Below are positions 29,361 through 39,985 of a stretch of DNA of 64,000 bases, one piece after another. Source of the DNA: Candidatus Heimdallarchaeota archaeon (GTDB taxonomy: Archaea > Asgardarchaeota > Heimdallarchaeia > JABLTI01); NCBI GenBank assembly GCA_019058275.1, contig JAHLVW010000061.1, forward strand, positions 1 to 64,000, read 5' to 3'. Below the pieces are notes generated by a model. It had not been told where the DNA came from, made no database searches, and saw nothing but the letters and a program-made list of their open reading frames with translations. Numbering within the stretch: the stretch's first letter is position 1; the number at the start of each line of letters is the position of its first letter. A program made the translations under genes and the position numbers.

Positions 29361-31253
29361 GCCAATAGCTCTTGAACAACAAGAAAGTACTGTGAGTTAT
29401 TTCATTGGAAACAATGGTGCGCATAGCAATATCATAAAGTGTGAAAAAATTGCTTATTACAACTTATGGTCAGGAATTGATCTCTTTTACGAAATCACTA
29501 ATGATGGGATCAAATATGAATACCATGTTAACGTTGGAGCAAACGTTCAAGATATTAGAACTAGATTTGAAGGGTTAGACGACCAACCATCTATAAAATC
29601 TGACAAACTAGTGTTATCTATTGACGAACATCAAATTATCGATGATGGACTTCGGGTCTTCCAAGAAAACGATTTAGATATAGATGCTGAATTCATTTCT
29701 GATGATAGAATACATATGGTTTTGATGTTAGCACCTATGATATAACTCGTAAACTCATAATTGATCCCCTAATCTATTCAACATTTATCGGGGGAAGCGG
29801 TTATGAGATAACTAGAAATATTGTTCTTGACAATTTAGGAAACGCCTACATTGTAGGAAGTACTTCTTCAGTAGATTTCCCAACCAGTGCTACAGCTTAC
29901 AACGATACCCTTTCTGCTGTTGGAGATGATGTCATTGTTTTGAAATTATCTGCAGATGGATCTACTTTACTCTATTCAACATTCATCGGTGGAAATGGAA
30001 CCGATTATGGATATGATATAGAAATTGATAATACTGGTTGCGCTTTTATCACAGGTTGTACGGATTCTATCAATTTCCCAACAGTTAACGCATACGATGA
30101 AACATATAATGGTAAAAATGCAGAGAATGGCGATTGCTTTATATTAAAACTCTCTTCAGATGGATCGTCATTAATCTATTCTACCTACTTTGGTGGAAGT
30201 GGTGACGATATTGCACTAGGAATAGCACTAGATACCACTAATAACATAATTTTCACAGGAGAAACAACATCTACAGATTTTCCACTATATAATACAATTG
30301 ACAGTAAATATGACGGATTAGTAGAATGCTTCTTTGCGAAAATAGCTGCAAATGGTTCTTCAATAATTTTCTCAACCTATTTTGGTGAAACAGAACAGGA
30401 GTTTGTAGAAAGAGCATGTGCTATTGATGTAGGAAACAATGGAGACATTTATTTCATAGGCACGGCTTTAACCGACAATATTACAATGACTGATGAAACA
30501 ACGTTTGGTTCATACCATGGAGATTTTGATATTTTTCTTGTTAAACTATCTGAGGATGGGTCATTGCTATATTCAACATATATAGGAGGAGATGGAATGG
30601 ATAGTGCAAGGGCAATAGAAGTTGACAGTGCAAATAATCTTTACTTACTAGGGGAAACTACAAGCTTAGACATCCCCATCGTCAATGCAAACGACGATGA
30701 GTACAATTACATGTTTGATGTATATCTCATGAAACTTACAATGAATGGATCAACACCTGAAATCCTTTTCTCTACCTATTTAGGAGGAGATTATATGGAC
30801 TATCCACAAGATCTTTGTTTAGACAGTGAAGGCAATGTGTTTATAACAGGACAGACTTATTCAGAAGATTTCCCCATAACAAAAAATGCTTATGATAATG
30901 AACTATCAGGTTCAGCGGATTCGTTCTTATCTGTATTTTCACCAGATGGTAGTGAATTATTATACTCAACCTTCATAGGTGGAAATTCTTCTGATTATTC
31001 TTATAGTATAGGTTTGAGCAATAATTTAGAGGTTGTTTTAGCTGGAACTACCAAATCAGTTGATTTTCCAAGAGAAGCAGCAGCATACGATGACACTTAT
31101 TTTGGTGGTACTGATATCTTTGTCCTTAAAATAGAAATTGATCTTGAACAAGATGGTGCATCTTGGTCATTCTACTGGTCAATTTCAACTATCTTCACAA
31201 TTGGTGCAATTATTGTTTTAATATCAAAAAAGAAAAATAAAGTCGCGGGATAA
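29361..31253 (+). pseudogene. SBBP-repeat (beta-propeller) surface protein, 5'-truncated, frameshift near 29708
   Basis: SYFIGN...Y.NLW.GIDL...KYEY, then LIIDPLIYSTFIGGSG and YSTYxGG...G.T.S.DFP repeats; C-terminal TM plus KKKNK. ORF 29940-31253 is intact. Confidence 0.82.
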
Positions 31254-31265
31254 AGTAAGAGATTT

Positions 31266-31286
31266 AGTCGAAGTTTACCTTCGACT
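31266..31286 (+). terminator. Hairpin followed by T-tract
   Basis: AGTCGAAG-TTTAC-CTTCGACT then CATTTTCTTTTTTT. Confidence 0.6.
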
Positions 31287-31357
31287 CATTTTCTTTTTTT
31301 GAAGTATCTATGAAATGCATTTTGTACAATAAAAATTTTAAGTGATTTTGATAACTA

Positions 31358-32047
31358 ATGACTATGCCATTTGTTGTTAATGATGAAATTCGGATAAATT
31401 ATAAGATTATCAATGAGTGTAATGGAGAATATTTACTTCTTCACACAGGATTGAATTCCACAAAAGAAGCTTGGATAGAGTTAAGTTATACTGAGGAATT
31501 AAAGAAACATTTCAAACTTATTCTGATTGATCCCCGAGGACAAGGTGAAAGTGATAAACCAAGAGATTTGAAAAAATACTCGTTCAAATTAATGGCTGAT
31601 GATGTTATTGCTGTTCTAAATCATTTAGATATTGATAAATTACATTTCTTTGGTTATTCACTGGGAGGTCTTGTAGGATGGCAAGTTGTCAAATATTATC
31701 CTGAAAGACTACTCTCCTTTGTTGCTGGGGGAAGTCGTGTAAAATACCCACCAAACAATCCAAACGTATTCCTTAGACTTGCATTTATGAAAGAAGGACC
31801 TATTGAAAATGCACCTCTAGATCCTTACGATGTTGAAGAATTACTTCCGAAACTAAAATTACCAATTCTAACATTTGTTGGTGAAAAGGATAAATCATGC
31901 TATCCAGCAGTAGTTGAATATTCAAAGCTCATTCCCAATTGTACTACTTTTGTTCTTCCTGGATTAAATCATCCAGAAGCTATGATGAAAAAAGAGCTTG
32001 TATTACCAAAAATTTTGGACTTCCTAAAATCTAATACAAGTTCATGA
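31358..32047 (+). CDS. Alpha/beta hydrolase
   Basis: DPRGQGES, GYSLGG, GEKD, NH. Confidence 0.9.
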   Translation: MTMPFVVNDEIRINYKIINECNGEYLLLHTGLNSTKEAWIELSYTEELKKHFKLILIDPRGQGESDKPRDLKKYSFKLMADDVIAVLNHLDIDKLHFFGYSLGGLVGWQVVKYYPERLLSFVAGGSRVKYPPNNPNVFLRLAFMKEGPIENAPLDPYDVEELLPKLKLPILTFVGEKDKSCYPAVVEYSKLIPNCTTFVLPGLNHPEAMMKKELVLPKILDFLKSNTSS

Positions 32048-32157
32048 CTTTCTTCATTTTTCTTTGGGTTGCGTTTAAATAGTAAGAGGAACCATTGCTA
32101 TTTACTACTAAAGTGGTAACTACCAATGTGTTACTGTTTAAGCTGGGTGACGAAATA

Positions 32158-32931
32158 ATGAGTGAAATATTTTGTATAGAGTGTGGGAATAAATTAGAAA
32201 TTGAAGATGTTTTTTGCAGTCAATGTGGATCAACTGTTATGAGAAAGAGAAGTAATGGCACCACAGAACAAGTAAGAGTGGCAATTCAAGAACACCTATT
32301 ACTAAATGTAGGCTTTTTTGGAGTATATACTCAAGGAAGAACATATCTGAATATACTATATTTGATATTATTACTTCCATTAGGAATATTCTACTTTACA
32401 TATGCAGTAACATGTTTCTCAACATTTGCAGGATTAATACCTATTTTCATTGGATTTATTCTTTTATTCTTCTTCTTACTTAGTTTACCATATTTACTAG
32501 AAATTCAAACATGGCTTTCATCATTTCTAACAGGCGTAAAAATAAAACCTGATAGAATAAAATTCAAAAAAGAAGGAACATTGACACAGAAGGTATTTAG
32601 TTCTTTAAAGAACAAATCGATCTACAAATCATTCTTCTATTATCTGATATTTGCAATGCCCATTGGTATTATTACTTTTACATTTGCAGTTACACTAATA
32701 TCAACTTCTGTTGGTTTAATGTTCTCTTGGGTTGAGCTTATTGTTGAATATGCTATTTTTGGCGAAGTCTTTAGAGATGCTTGGTATGCAATATTGCCAA
32801 CAGGATTTTGGATTTTCTTACATGTTATTACTCCAATCATTGGTTTCCTTTTACTAACATTTTCGCTTCATATATTGAACAGAATGGCAATATATCATAG
32901 TCGCTTTATTCAATTCATTGCTAAAAACTAG
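32158..32931 (+). CDS. Zinc-ribbon plus membrane 'sensor' domain protein
   Basis: FCIECG...FCSQCG; duplicated Y...LPLGI..FT TM unit. ATG 32158 preferred. Confidence 0.75.
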   Translation: MSEIFCIECGNKLEIEDVFCSQCGSTVMRKRSNGTTEQVRVAIQEHLLLNVGFFGVYTQGRTYLNILYLILLLPLGIFYFTYAVTCFSTFAGLIPIFIGFILLFFFLLSLPYLLEIQTWLSSFLTGVKIKPDRIKFKKEGTLTQKVFSSLKNKSIYKSFFYYLIFAMPIGIITFTFAVTLISTSVGLMFSWVELIVEYAIFGEVFRDAWYAILPTGFWIFLHVITPIIGFLLLTFSLHILNRMAIYHSRFIQFIAKN

Positions 32932-32981
32932 TTAGGGGCAAATTAATGTTTGACTCCTATTTTCTTTCTTTATTTTATTTA

Positions 32982-33539
32982 TTATACAAGCTTTCTCGAG
33001 TTTAATTGACTTACTTTTGTCTTTAGGAATTGCCTTTTTTCTCCTCTTGTCTTTAGTTTTTCTAATTCTTCTTTATGCTGTTCGAGAACAATCTCGCTCT
33101 GTAGGAAAGCATAGATTGCATCATAAAATGGGAATTCCATTTCTAAAGCTTCATGGTCTGAATCTACTAAAAGTGGTGCACCACTTGCTATTGCTTCTAA
33201 TCCCCATGCAAGAGGCTCATCATCTAATTTTCCAGTATCAGATGCTCGGACTATCTTTCTTAGTCTTTGCAAAGCTTCATCATCTTCCAATTGATATCTT
33301 TTGATAATAGCATCAAATGAACAATATTTTACTCCATTTTCCTCATAATGGTCTAGATCAGCATCTGAAATTTTTGCATCAAAAGGAATTGCTCCTGTTT
33401 GCTTTACAAAATCAGCTATCTTTTCTTTTGGTAGAAAAACAAACTGAGCATGTAAATCAATAAATCGTTTAATTAGCCAAGGACATACAACTCGATCTAC
33501 ATGAACATAATTTCTACTAACCCATATCATTCTAATCAA
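32982..33539 (-). CDS. ChrB C-terminal-domain (chromate resistance) family protein
   Basis: WVSR..VHVDRVVCPWLIKRFID..AQFVF, PFD, CSFDAII. Confidence 0.85.
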   Translation of the reverse strand: MIRMIWVSRNYVHVDRVVCPWLIKRFIDLHAQFVFLPKEKIADFVKQTGAIPFDAKISDADLDHYEENGVKYCSFDAIIKRYQLEDDEALQRLRKIVRASDTGKLDDEPLAWGLEAIASGAPLLVDSDHEALEMEFPFYDAIYAFLQSEIVLEQHKEELEKLKTRGEKRQFLKTKVSQLNSRKLV

Positions 33540-33629
33540 ATAACAGAATATCTTTTATTGTTAATAAACTTTAATTCAACGAAATTTTCTTAATTGTGAA
33601 TTGCTATTGAATTACTTGAGTGATTCTAA

Positions 33630-34166
33630 ATGTCCAATACTGATTTAGATAGTGAAGAAGCTATAAAGAGAATGAGAGAAGAACCTGATTATGATAGAAT
33701 AAAAAGCGAAGTTCTAACACTTTTAGCAGATAATAGAGACATAGTTCTTGCCACCTCATCTAAAAATAGAGTTACTGCTCGAACTGTTTCATTTACTAGC
33801 AAGGATTTAGATATCTATTTCTTATCTTGGGAACACAATAAAAAAATTGAACAAATAAAAGAAAATCCAAATGTTGCTTTAACTCTGAGGAATGTTCAAA
33901 TAGAAGGAATAGCAGAAGTTTTGGGTTGGGCTTTCAATAAAGAACACAAAGAAATTGGTGATTTATTTAGAGCAAAGTTTTCTCCTAAATGGTTTGATAC
34001 TTTTTCTGAAATTAAAGAAATGGTACTTGTAAAAATCACACCAGAAAAAATAGTGAAATTTGAAAATATCTATAAGCGTTTTCAATTCCAGAATTTTGAT
34101 TTGAAGAACAAGAAAGTCTATCAGATGAGAATTGAAGACAAGGATAATCCCAATTTCCCCTATTAA
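33630..34166 (+). CDS. Pyridoxamine 5'-phosphate oxidase-family protein
   Basis: VLATS...TART, KIEQIKENPNVAL, VQIEG.A. Confidence 0.85.
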   Translation: MSNTDLDSEEAIKRMREEPDYDRIKSEVLTLLADNRDIVLATSSKNRVTARTVSFTSKDLDIYFLSWEHNKKIEQIKENPNVALTLRNVQIEGIAEVLGWAFNKEHKEIGDLFRAKFSPKWFDTFSEIKEMVLVKITPEKIVKFENIYKRFQFQNFDLKNKKVYQMRIEDKDNPNFPY

Positions 34167-34266
34167 TTTTGGGCAGTTTTTATTTTTTTTTTTCAATTAA
34201 GAAATCAAAGGCTACACAATAAATTTTAATGAAAATAAAATATTATTAATATGGGGGATATAATAA

Positions 34267-35540
34267 ATGAGGAATGCATACTATTTTAGAAAACGCTGTT
34301 TGAGTTTTTTATTATTAATTATCTTAATTGCTGTTCCAATTTTTAAGACTAATGGAGCAGCAAATGGTCCTAAGAATGTTTTACAAGTAAAAAAAGTGTC
34401 ATCAGTACTACTGAATAACATGGAAATTGAAAATGATAGATTATACACCAACATTGTAAATGGTGATGATATCTACATTTTGATATTAATGATGAAGATA
34501 ATCCTAAGCGAATTGGGAAGTATAAAACAGGCAAAAGCGTTCAAAAAATCTTTAGTTACGAAAATTGGTTATTTGTTTACTTGACTTGGAATGATATTAA
34601 TACTTATGAACGATTCTTTGAATTAGAAATTCTTGATGCAAGTAAGACCTTTTGGATAAAATCAAAAGCAAAAATTGAACTTCGTGAATTTGATGGCTTT
34701 TTTACAGATTATGGAATTTATATAGAAAATGGTATTATTACACTTTTTCACATGGATAGAAACAGTACTTCTTTAGAACTAATTAAATTTAATCAAACTA
34801 ATTTGGAAACTGAATGTGAAATTATTCAAGCAAAAGATTTGTTCAATAATAGTGTTAATTTAAGAAATTTAGTAATTAAAGAGAATATTATGTTCATAGT
34901 TTTTTGTGATGAAAATCAAACATTAGGTTTGGGAACGTTTAAGCTGTCGAATATGCAACACCCTCAGGAGCAATTTATAATTAAAGGTTCAAATGAACTT
35001 GCTATTGATAGTAAAGTATTCATTGAAAATAAAAAACTGTATATAGCCCATCAAACAGGACCTGAGTTCCCTGGCAGATATCCATTAATAGAAACCTATG
35101 ACTTTTCCAATATTTCTTCTATTCATAAGATTGGAACTTTAATTGAAAACTACATGGCATTCTATATCTCAATCTTTGATGAGAGTCTTTATTTATTGGA
35201 TTATAATAATTTTAAGATTTTTGAGATTGTCGAAGGAGTAAATTTAACTCAATTAGGATCTTATCAAAATGGACCTCTCTTATGGAATATGGTTTTTAAT
35301 GAGCATAGAGCTTATATTAATCAAGATAGACCCAATACCAAAGAATCAATGATTATTATTGATTGTGAAAATCAGACAGATTTGAAATATATTGATACAT
35401 TTAGTAGAAAGAAACTCACTTCTGATTAGATATTAAAGATAAAAAATTCCTTTATAGGAATAGGAATAGCATATTTAATCACTGGTGTTGTTGCTATTTC
35501 AACAGCGATTTATAAGAAATACAAAAAAAATAATTGCTAA
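34267..35540 (+). pseudogene. LVIVD-like repeat surface protein; frameshift near 34478 and in-frame TAG 35427
   Basis: Signal peptide. Restoring one T gives IYIFDINDEDNPKRIG joined to ORF 34581. Readthrough of the TAG adds a TM plus KKYKK tail to TAA 35540. Confidence 0.72.
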
Positions 35541-35628
35541 ATTTTGTTACACCTTTTTAATTTTTCATAAGCATTAGAGAGAAAGATTTTTCCATTATTA
35601 GATGTTTAAAATATTAGGAGAATAAAAA

Positions 35629-37314
35629 TTGTTTACTCTCATTCGAAAACAACTCGAAGAAGTTGATAATCTCATTATTGTTAGTGCGTTTTCCAAAGCT
35701 TTGGAAATAATAGAAGAAGTAATAAAAAGTAAAGAGATAAGACACGAAGAGAAAATCGTTTGTAATATATATAAAAGTGATTTATTAAACAAGATGGGAA
35801 ACAATCAAGAAGCTTTTGATCTTATTGATAAAATTCTAAAACAATTTAATACTCAAGAAATATCCACTCTAAAAATTAATGCTATGATACAGAAAGGTGA
35901 AGCATTATTCTTTTTGGATAATAAAGAGGGAGTTAAAGAAATAATAAATAGAATAGAAGATGAATTATTAAAATTAAAGGATATCTCAAAGAAAGAAATA
36001 ACAAAAATAGAAGCTTCAATCTTAAAACTAAAGCTATATATCACTTCATCAAGGATTGAACCAAAAAAATATCTAAAATTTGCACAAAAATGTAACAAAT
36101 TAGCTGAAAAGAACGAAGATAAATTATTAACTATTTTTAGTTTGAAGGAAATTGCCCTGGCTTATTATCGACTTAATGAAAGAAATAAATGCCAAGAAAA
36201 TATTAAGGAAGCATACAAATTAGCTATTTCTGTTGGAAGTAAACAAGAACAAGAAAACTGTCTATGGAAATTATCTGCCTATGAACCAAACCGAGAGAAG
36301 ATCTTAGAGTATTCAGAAAAAGCTATTTCTATTCATGAAGAAAACGATTTCAAACTTTATTCTTATAGTAAATATGTCTACTTAGGTTGTATTTATGTTA
36401 GAAATTGTGAATTTGAAAAAGCATTAACGTCACTTCATAAAGCAGAAAAATATTTAGAAAAGGACTCTAAAGAAAGCTCTAACATCTATTTTATTTACTC
36501 AAGATTATTCAATTTAAAGGGTGAATTAAATCTAGCATATGAAAATACCAAAAGAGCTTTAGAAATAGCATTAACATTTGATAATAAAGAAATAGTTGCT
36601 CAAAGCTATTATGATATGACTTTGTTAGCAATTGAACTTGAAAACTTGAATCTAGCTGAAGAACATCTAAAAGAGTTACGTCAATTAAAAAATGATTTAG
36701 ATAAGGAAGAAATAAATCAAATGTATTTGTTAGCATCAGCATTAATATTAAAAGCAAACAAAGGAATTCGTGATTGGTCTAAAGCTATTGAATTACTGGA
36801 ACAAATTATTGAGGATGAAGCTTTAAGCTCAACAATGCTGATAAATGCTACTCTTAATCTATGTGAATTATTAATTAAAGAAATAGAATTGTTTGGTGAA
36901 GATAGGATATTAGATAGTATAAAATCTCATCTAATATTATTGTATGACATTGCTGAAAAACAAAGCATTTATTGGTTAATTATTGAAATTTTAAGATTGG
37001 AATCACAACTAGCATTATTGGCTTTTGACACTGCAAAAGCAAAAGAGTTATTGGAAGAAGCTCTAAAAATAGCTCAAGAAAAAGGAATTCATAAACTCGC
37101 TATTGAAATCACAAATGAACAACTGGAAATAGATGAAAAAATTACTATTTTAGAGAAATTACAAGAATTAGATGCACCTTTGATTGAAACTATAAAACAT
37201 GTTCATTTACTAAATAACATTAAAGAGATAAATGAAGAAATAACTACAGTTAAATCTTGTAGTGGAAGCAAAAACACTATCGAATATCGGAAATTATTTG
37301 CTTTGAAAATTTAG
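35629..37314 (+). CDS. Large TPR-like helical repeat protein
   Basis: All-helical A/L/E/K periodic repeats. Confidence 0.8.
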   Translation: MFTLIRKQLEEVDNLIIVSAFSKALEIIEEVIKSKEIRHEEKIVCNIYKSDLLNKMGNNQEAFDLIDKILKQFNTQEISTLKINAMIQKGEALFFLDNKEGVKEIINRIEDELLKLKDISKKEITKIEASILKLKLYITSSRIEPKKYLKFAQKCNKLAEKNEDKLLTIFSLKEIALAYYRLNERNKCQENIKEAYKLAISVGSKQEQENCLWKLSAYEPNREKILEYSEKAISIHEENDFKLYSYSKYVYLGCIYVRNCEFEKALTSLHKAEKYLEKDSKESSNIYFIYSRLFNLKGELNLAYENTKRALEIALTFDNKEIVAQSYYDMTLLAIELENLNLAEEHLKELRQLKNDLDKEEINQMYLLASALILKANKGIRDWSKAIELLEQIIEDEALSSTMLINATLNLCELLIKEIELFGEDRILDSIKSHLILLYDIAEKQSIYWLIIEILRLESQLALLAFDTAKAKELLEEALKIAQEKGIHKLAIEITNEQLEIDEKITILEKLQELDAPLIETIKHVHLLNNIKEINEEITTVKSCSGSKNTIEYRKLFALKI

Positions 37315-37319
37315 AATTA

Positions 37320-37757
37320 TTATTTTTTATTATTTAAATCTAATTTAAGTTTTTTAGCTGTTTTTCGAATTCTTCTTTGAGTTAAACCCCAGAATGTCAT
37401 TTCCCACATACAATAAGCAACAATATCAACTGGGAGATAATCTTGTATAGTTTCAGGTTGAATTTCTAACCCTAACCATTCTTCCCATTCATTGAATGAT
37501 AAACCAAATAATAGTGGTTCCTTTTCATTATAACCAGAAACATCATGCCAATTTTCACATTCCTTCTCTACAACATAATTTATCACTAGTTGCATTTCTT
37601 GTTTGGATTTTTTTGGCTTGAGATTTTTTAGTCTATCAAGGACCTTTTTGTATCGTCTATGTTTTTTAGCTTGACTTGGATATAGCTCAGCTAATCTAGG
37701 TTTCACTTCCCCCCAATCAACTATATCTACTACTTCTTTAAACAGCATTGTATTCAA
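37320..37757 (-). CDS. Conserved hypothetical protein (DUF6557-like)
   Basis: WEEWLG.EI...IVAYCMWEMTFWG. Confidence 0.65.
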   Translation of the reverse strand: MNTMLFKEVVDIVDWGEVKPRLAELYPSQAKKHRRYKKVLDRLKNLKPKKSKQEMQLVINYVVEKECENWHDVSGYNEKEPLLFGLSFNEWEEWLGLEIQPETIQDYLPVDIVAYCMWEMTFWGLTQRRIRKTAKKLKLDLNNKK

Positions 37758-37879
37758 TCCTCTATCTAGTTATTCATTTTAGTTTTTCTACAATAAATTT
37801 TCTTGATTTGAGTAGCTTTTTATAAAAGAATAGTTACATAAATCAAAGTGTCTATTGTAGTTATTATGGGTACAAAATT

Positions 37880-38428
37880 ATGAAGATTATTACAATTTAT
37901 TTTAGTCAAACAGGAAATACTGAGAAAATCGCAAAAGCAATAAATCAATCTTTTGAGAAAGATCATGAAGCTGATTTAAGAGAATTAAAAGACATTAAGA
38001 ATAATATGCTAAATGATTATGATTTGGTTTTTATTGGTTCTCCATGTCATAGTGCAGATTTAGTAAAGCCAATAAAATCTCTTCTTGAAGGAATACCAAA
38101 TAATCCAAAATACAATCTAGCGGGATTTTTCACTCATGCTTGTTTTCCTCCAGAATTAAAAGAGAACAAAGAACTCTATGAAAAATGGGTAGGCAAATGT
38201 CGAAAGACCTTTGAAAAAATCAGCTCTGAGAAAGATATCAAGTTTCATGGTTGCTTTAGATGTTTAGGAGCTCCTTCAGCACCTAAAGAACAATTTATTC
38301 ACAAGGAAATCGTTACTGATGAGAAAGAATTCAAAGAATATGTAGCATATGTTAAACCTCATCCAGATGAAAAGGACATTCAAGATGCTCAAAAATTCGC
38401 TTTAGATGTAATTCAGAAAGTTGCTTAA
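37880..38428 (+). CDS. Flavodoxin-like protein
   Basis: YFSQTGNTEKIA, FIGSP, HPDEKD..DA.KFA. Confidence 0.88.
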   Translation: MKIITIYFSQTGNTEKIAKAINQSFEKDHEADLRELKDIKNNMLNDYDLVFIGSPCHSADLVKPIKSLLEGIPNNPKYNLAGFFTHACFPPELKENKELYEKWVGKCRKTFEKISSEKDIKFHGCFRCLGAPSAPKEQFIHKEIVTDEKEFKEYVAYVKPHPDEKDIQDAQKFALDVIQKVA

Positions 38429-38561
38429 TATAACTCATGATGTTAGTTATTCATTTTGTGAAATTTCTTCTAGTGAGAAACACAAACAATCAAATTAACT
38501 AAAGTTTACTATAGACAACTTTATTTTCTTATTCAACAATACTTCATACAAGGAGTTGGAT

Positions 38562-39229
38562 ATGTCAAAAAGCTCTTCCTTGAACCACATTATGGCGATA
38601 TAGCTTGGTCATGTGGTGGTTTAGTAGCTCAAAATAAAGAAAATTCAATTATTTTGACAATTTTTCCAGATCGAAGAAAATTCTATCGAATTAAACGAAA
38701 AGGTTCCATTTATAGGAGAAAGAAACGAGAAGAAATAGATTATGGGAAGTTATCTGGAGTAGAGATTATTTTTCTTAAATTCAAATCAGCACTCCTTAGA
38801 GGAAGAACTTTTGAGAGTCTCATTGACAAGAACTTAAATGAAATTGAAGAAAAACAAGTCATAGAGCTACGGGATGTAATTTCAGATTTAGTTTTGAAAG
38901 AAAACATCTCAGAAATTTACTGTTCAAGAGCGCGTCGTAATCAAGTTGATCATATTATTGTTAAGAAAGCAGTAGCTGGTTTGAGTGTAGCAGGATACGA
39001 TATATTTTATTATGAAGATTTTCCAACTTTTCTACCTGATTCAAAAAATCTCAAAACAGATACAGGATATTCAAGAATTGAAATTGATATATCAAATGTA
39101 ATTGAAGAAAAAATTCAAGGAATATTGTTATATGAATCCTTAATTGATGTCTATTTTAAGTCAAAGGAGCTTTTAGTAGAAAAGATTAGAGTAACAACTT
39201 TTGAAGTATTTTGGAAAGATATTAGTTAA
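38562..39229 (+). CDS. PIG-L/LmbE deacetylase-like protein; 5' homopolymer frameshift
   Basis: ATG 38562 after GGAG. One extra A gives LFLEPHYGDIAWSCGG in frame with ORF 38654; R..E, DH, YEDFP follow. Confidence 0.72.
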
Positions 39230-39273
39230 AAATTAATATAGATCCAAACACATTTTGAATCGTGGAGAAATGA

Positions 39274-39972
39274 ATGAAGAAACTAACAGGTATAAAGGTT
39301 ATTTCTTTCGATGCAGATGGTACATTATGGGATTTTGTTAAGGTAATGAGACATTCATTAAAATTCGTTTTAGAAGCCATTAATGAATTAGATTCTCAAG
39401 CTGGTTCGAAACTTGATATCGATTTAATGATTAAAATAAGAAATAAAGTTGCTAATGAATTGAAAGGTATTGTAACCAATTTAGAGGATATTAGATTACA
39501 TGCTTTTCGTGAAACTTTAAAAGCTGTAAAAAGACCAAACGAAGAATTGGCTAATTACTTGAACCAGATTTACCTTAAACATCGTTTTGAAGATATTGAA
39601 CTCTATAATGATGTTCTCCCAACACTTAGAGCTCTAAAAAAGGAATATACAATAGGGATACTATCAAATGGTAATTCTTACCCAGAACATTGTGGATTAG
39701 AAGAGATGTTTGATTTTGTAGTTTTTTCACAAGATTTTGGCATAGAGAAACCGGATAAAGAGATTTTCAATATAACGCTTGAAAAGGTTAAATGTAAGAA
39801 GAATGAGATTGTACATATTGGTGATTCTCTCGAGACTGATATACAAGGAGCTATTAATGCAGAAATAAACTATATCTGGCTTAATCGAAATAAAATACCA
39901 AATCCGTACAATTTTGAAGTAGAATACGAAATAACATCATTAATAGAACTAATAGATATTATTATACTTTAA
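39274..39972 (+). CDS. HAD-superfamily hydrolase
   Basis: FDADGTL, LSNGN, KPD..IF, HIGDSLETD. Confidence 0.9.
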   Translation: MKKLTGIKVISFDADGTLWDFVKVMRHSLKFVLEAINELDSQAGSKLDIDLMIKIRNKVANELKGIVTNLEDIRLHAFRETLKAVKRPNEELANYLNQIYLKHRFEDIELYNDVLPTLRALKKEYTIGILSNGNSYPEHCGLEEMFDFVVFSQDFGIEKPDKEIFNITLEKVKCKKNEIVHIGDSLETDIQGAINAEINYIWLNRNKIPNPYNFEVEYEITSLIELIDIIIL

Positions 39973-39985
39973 GAAAAAAAGGGAA

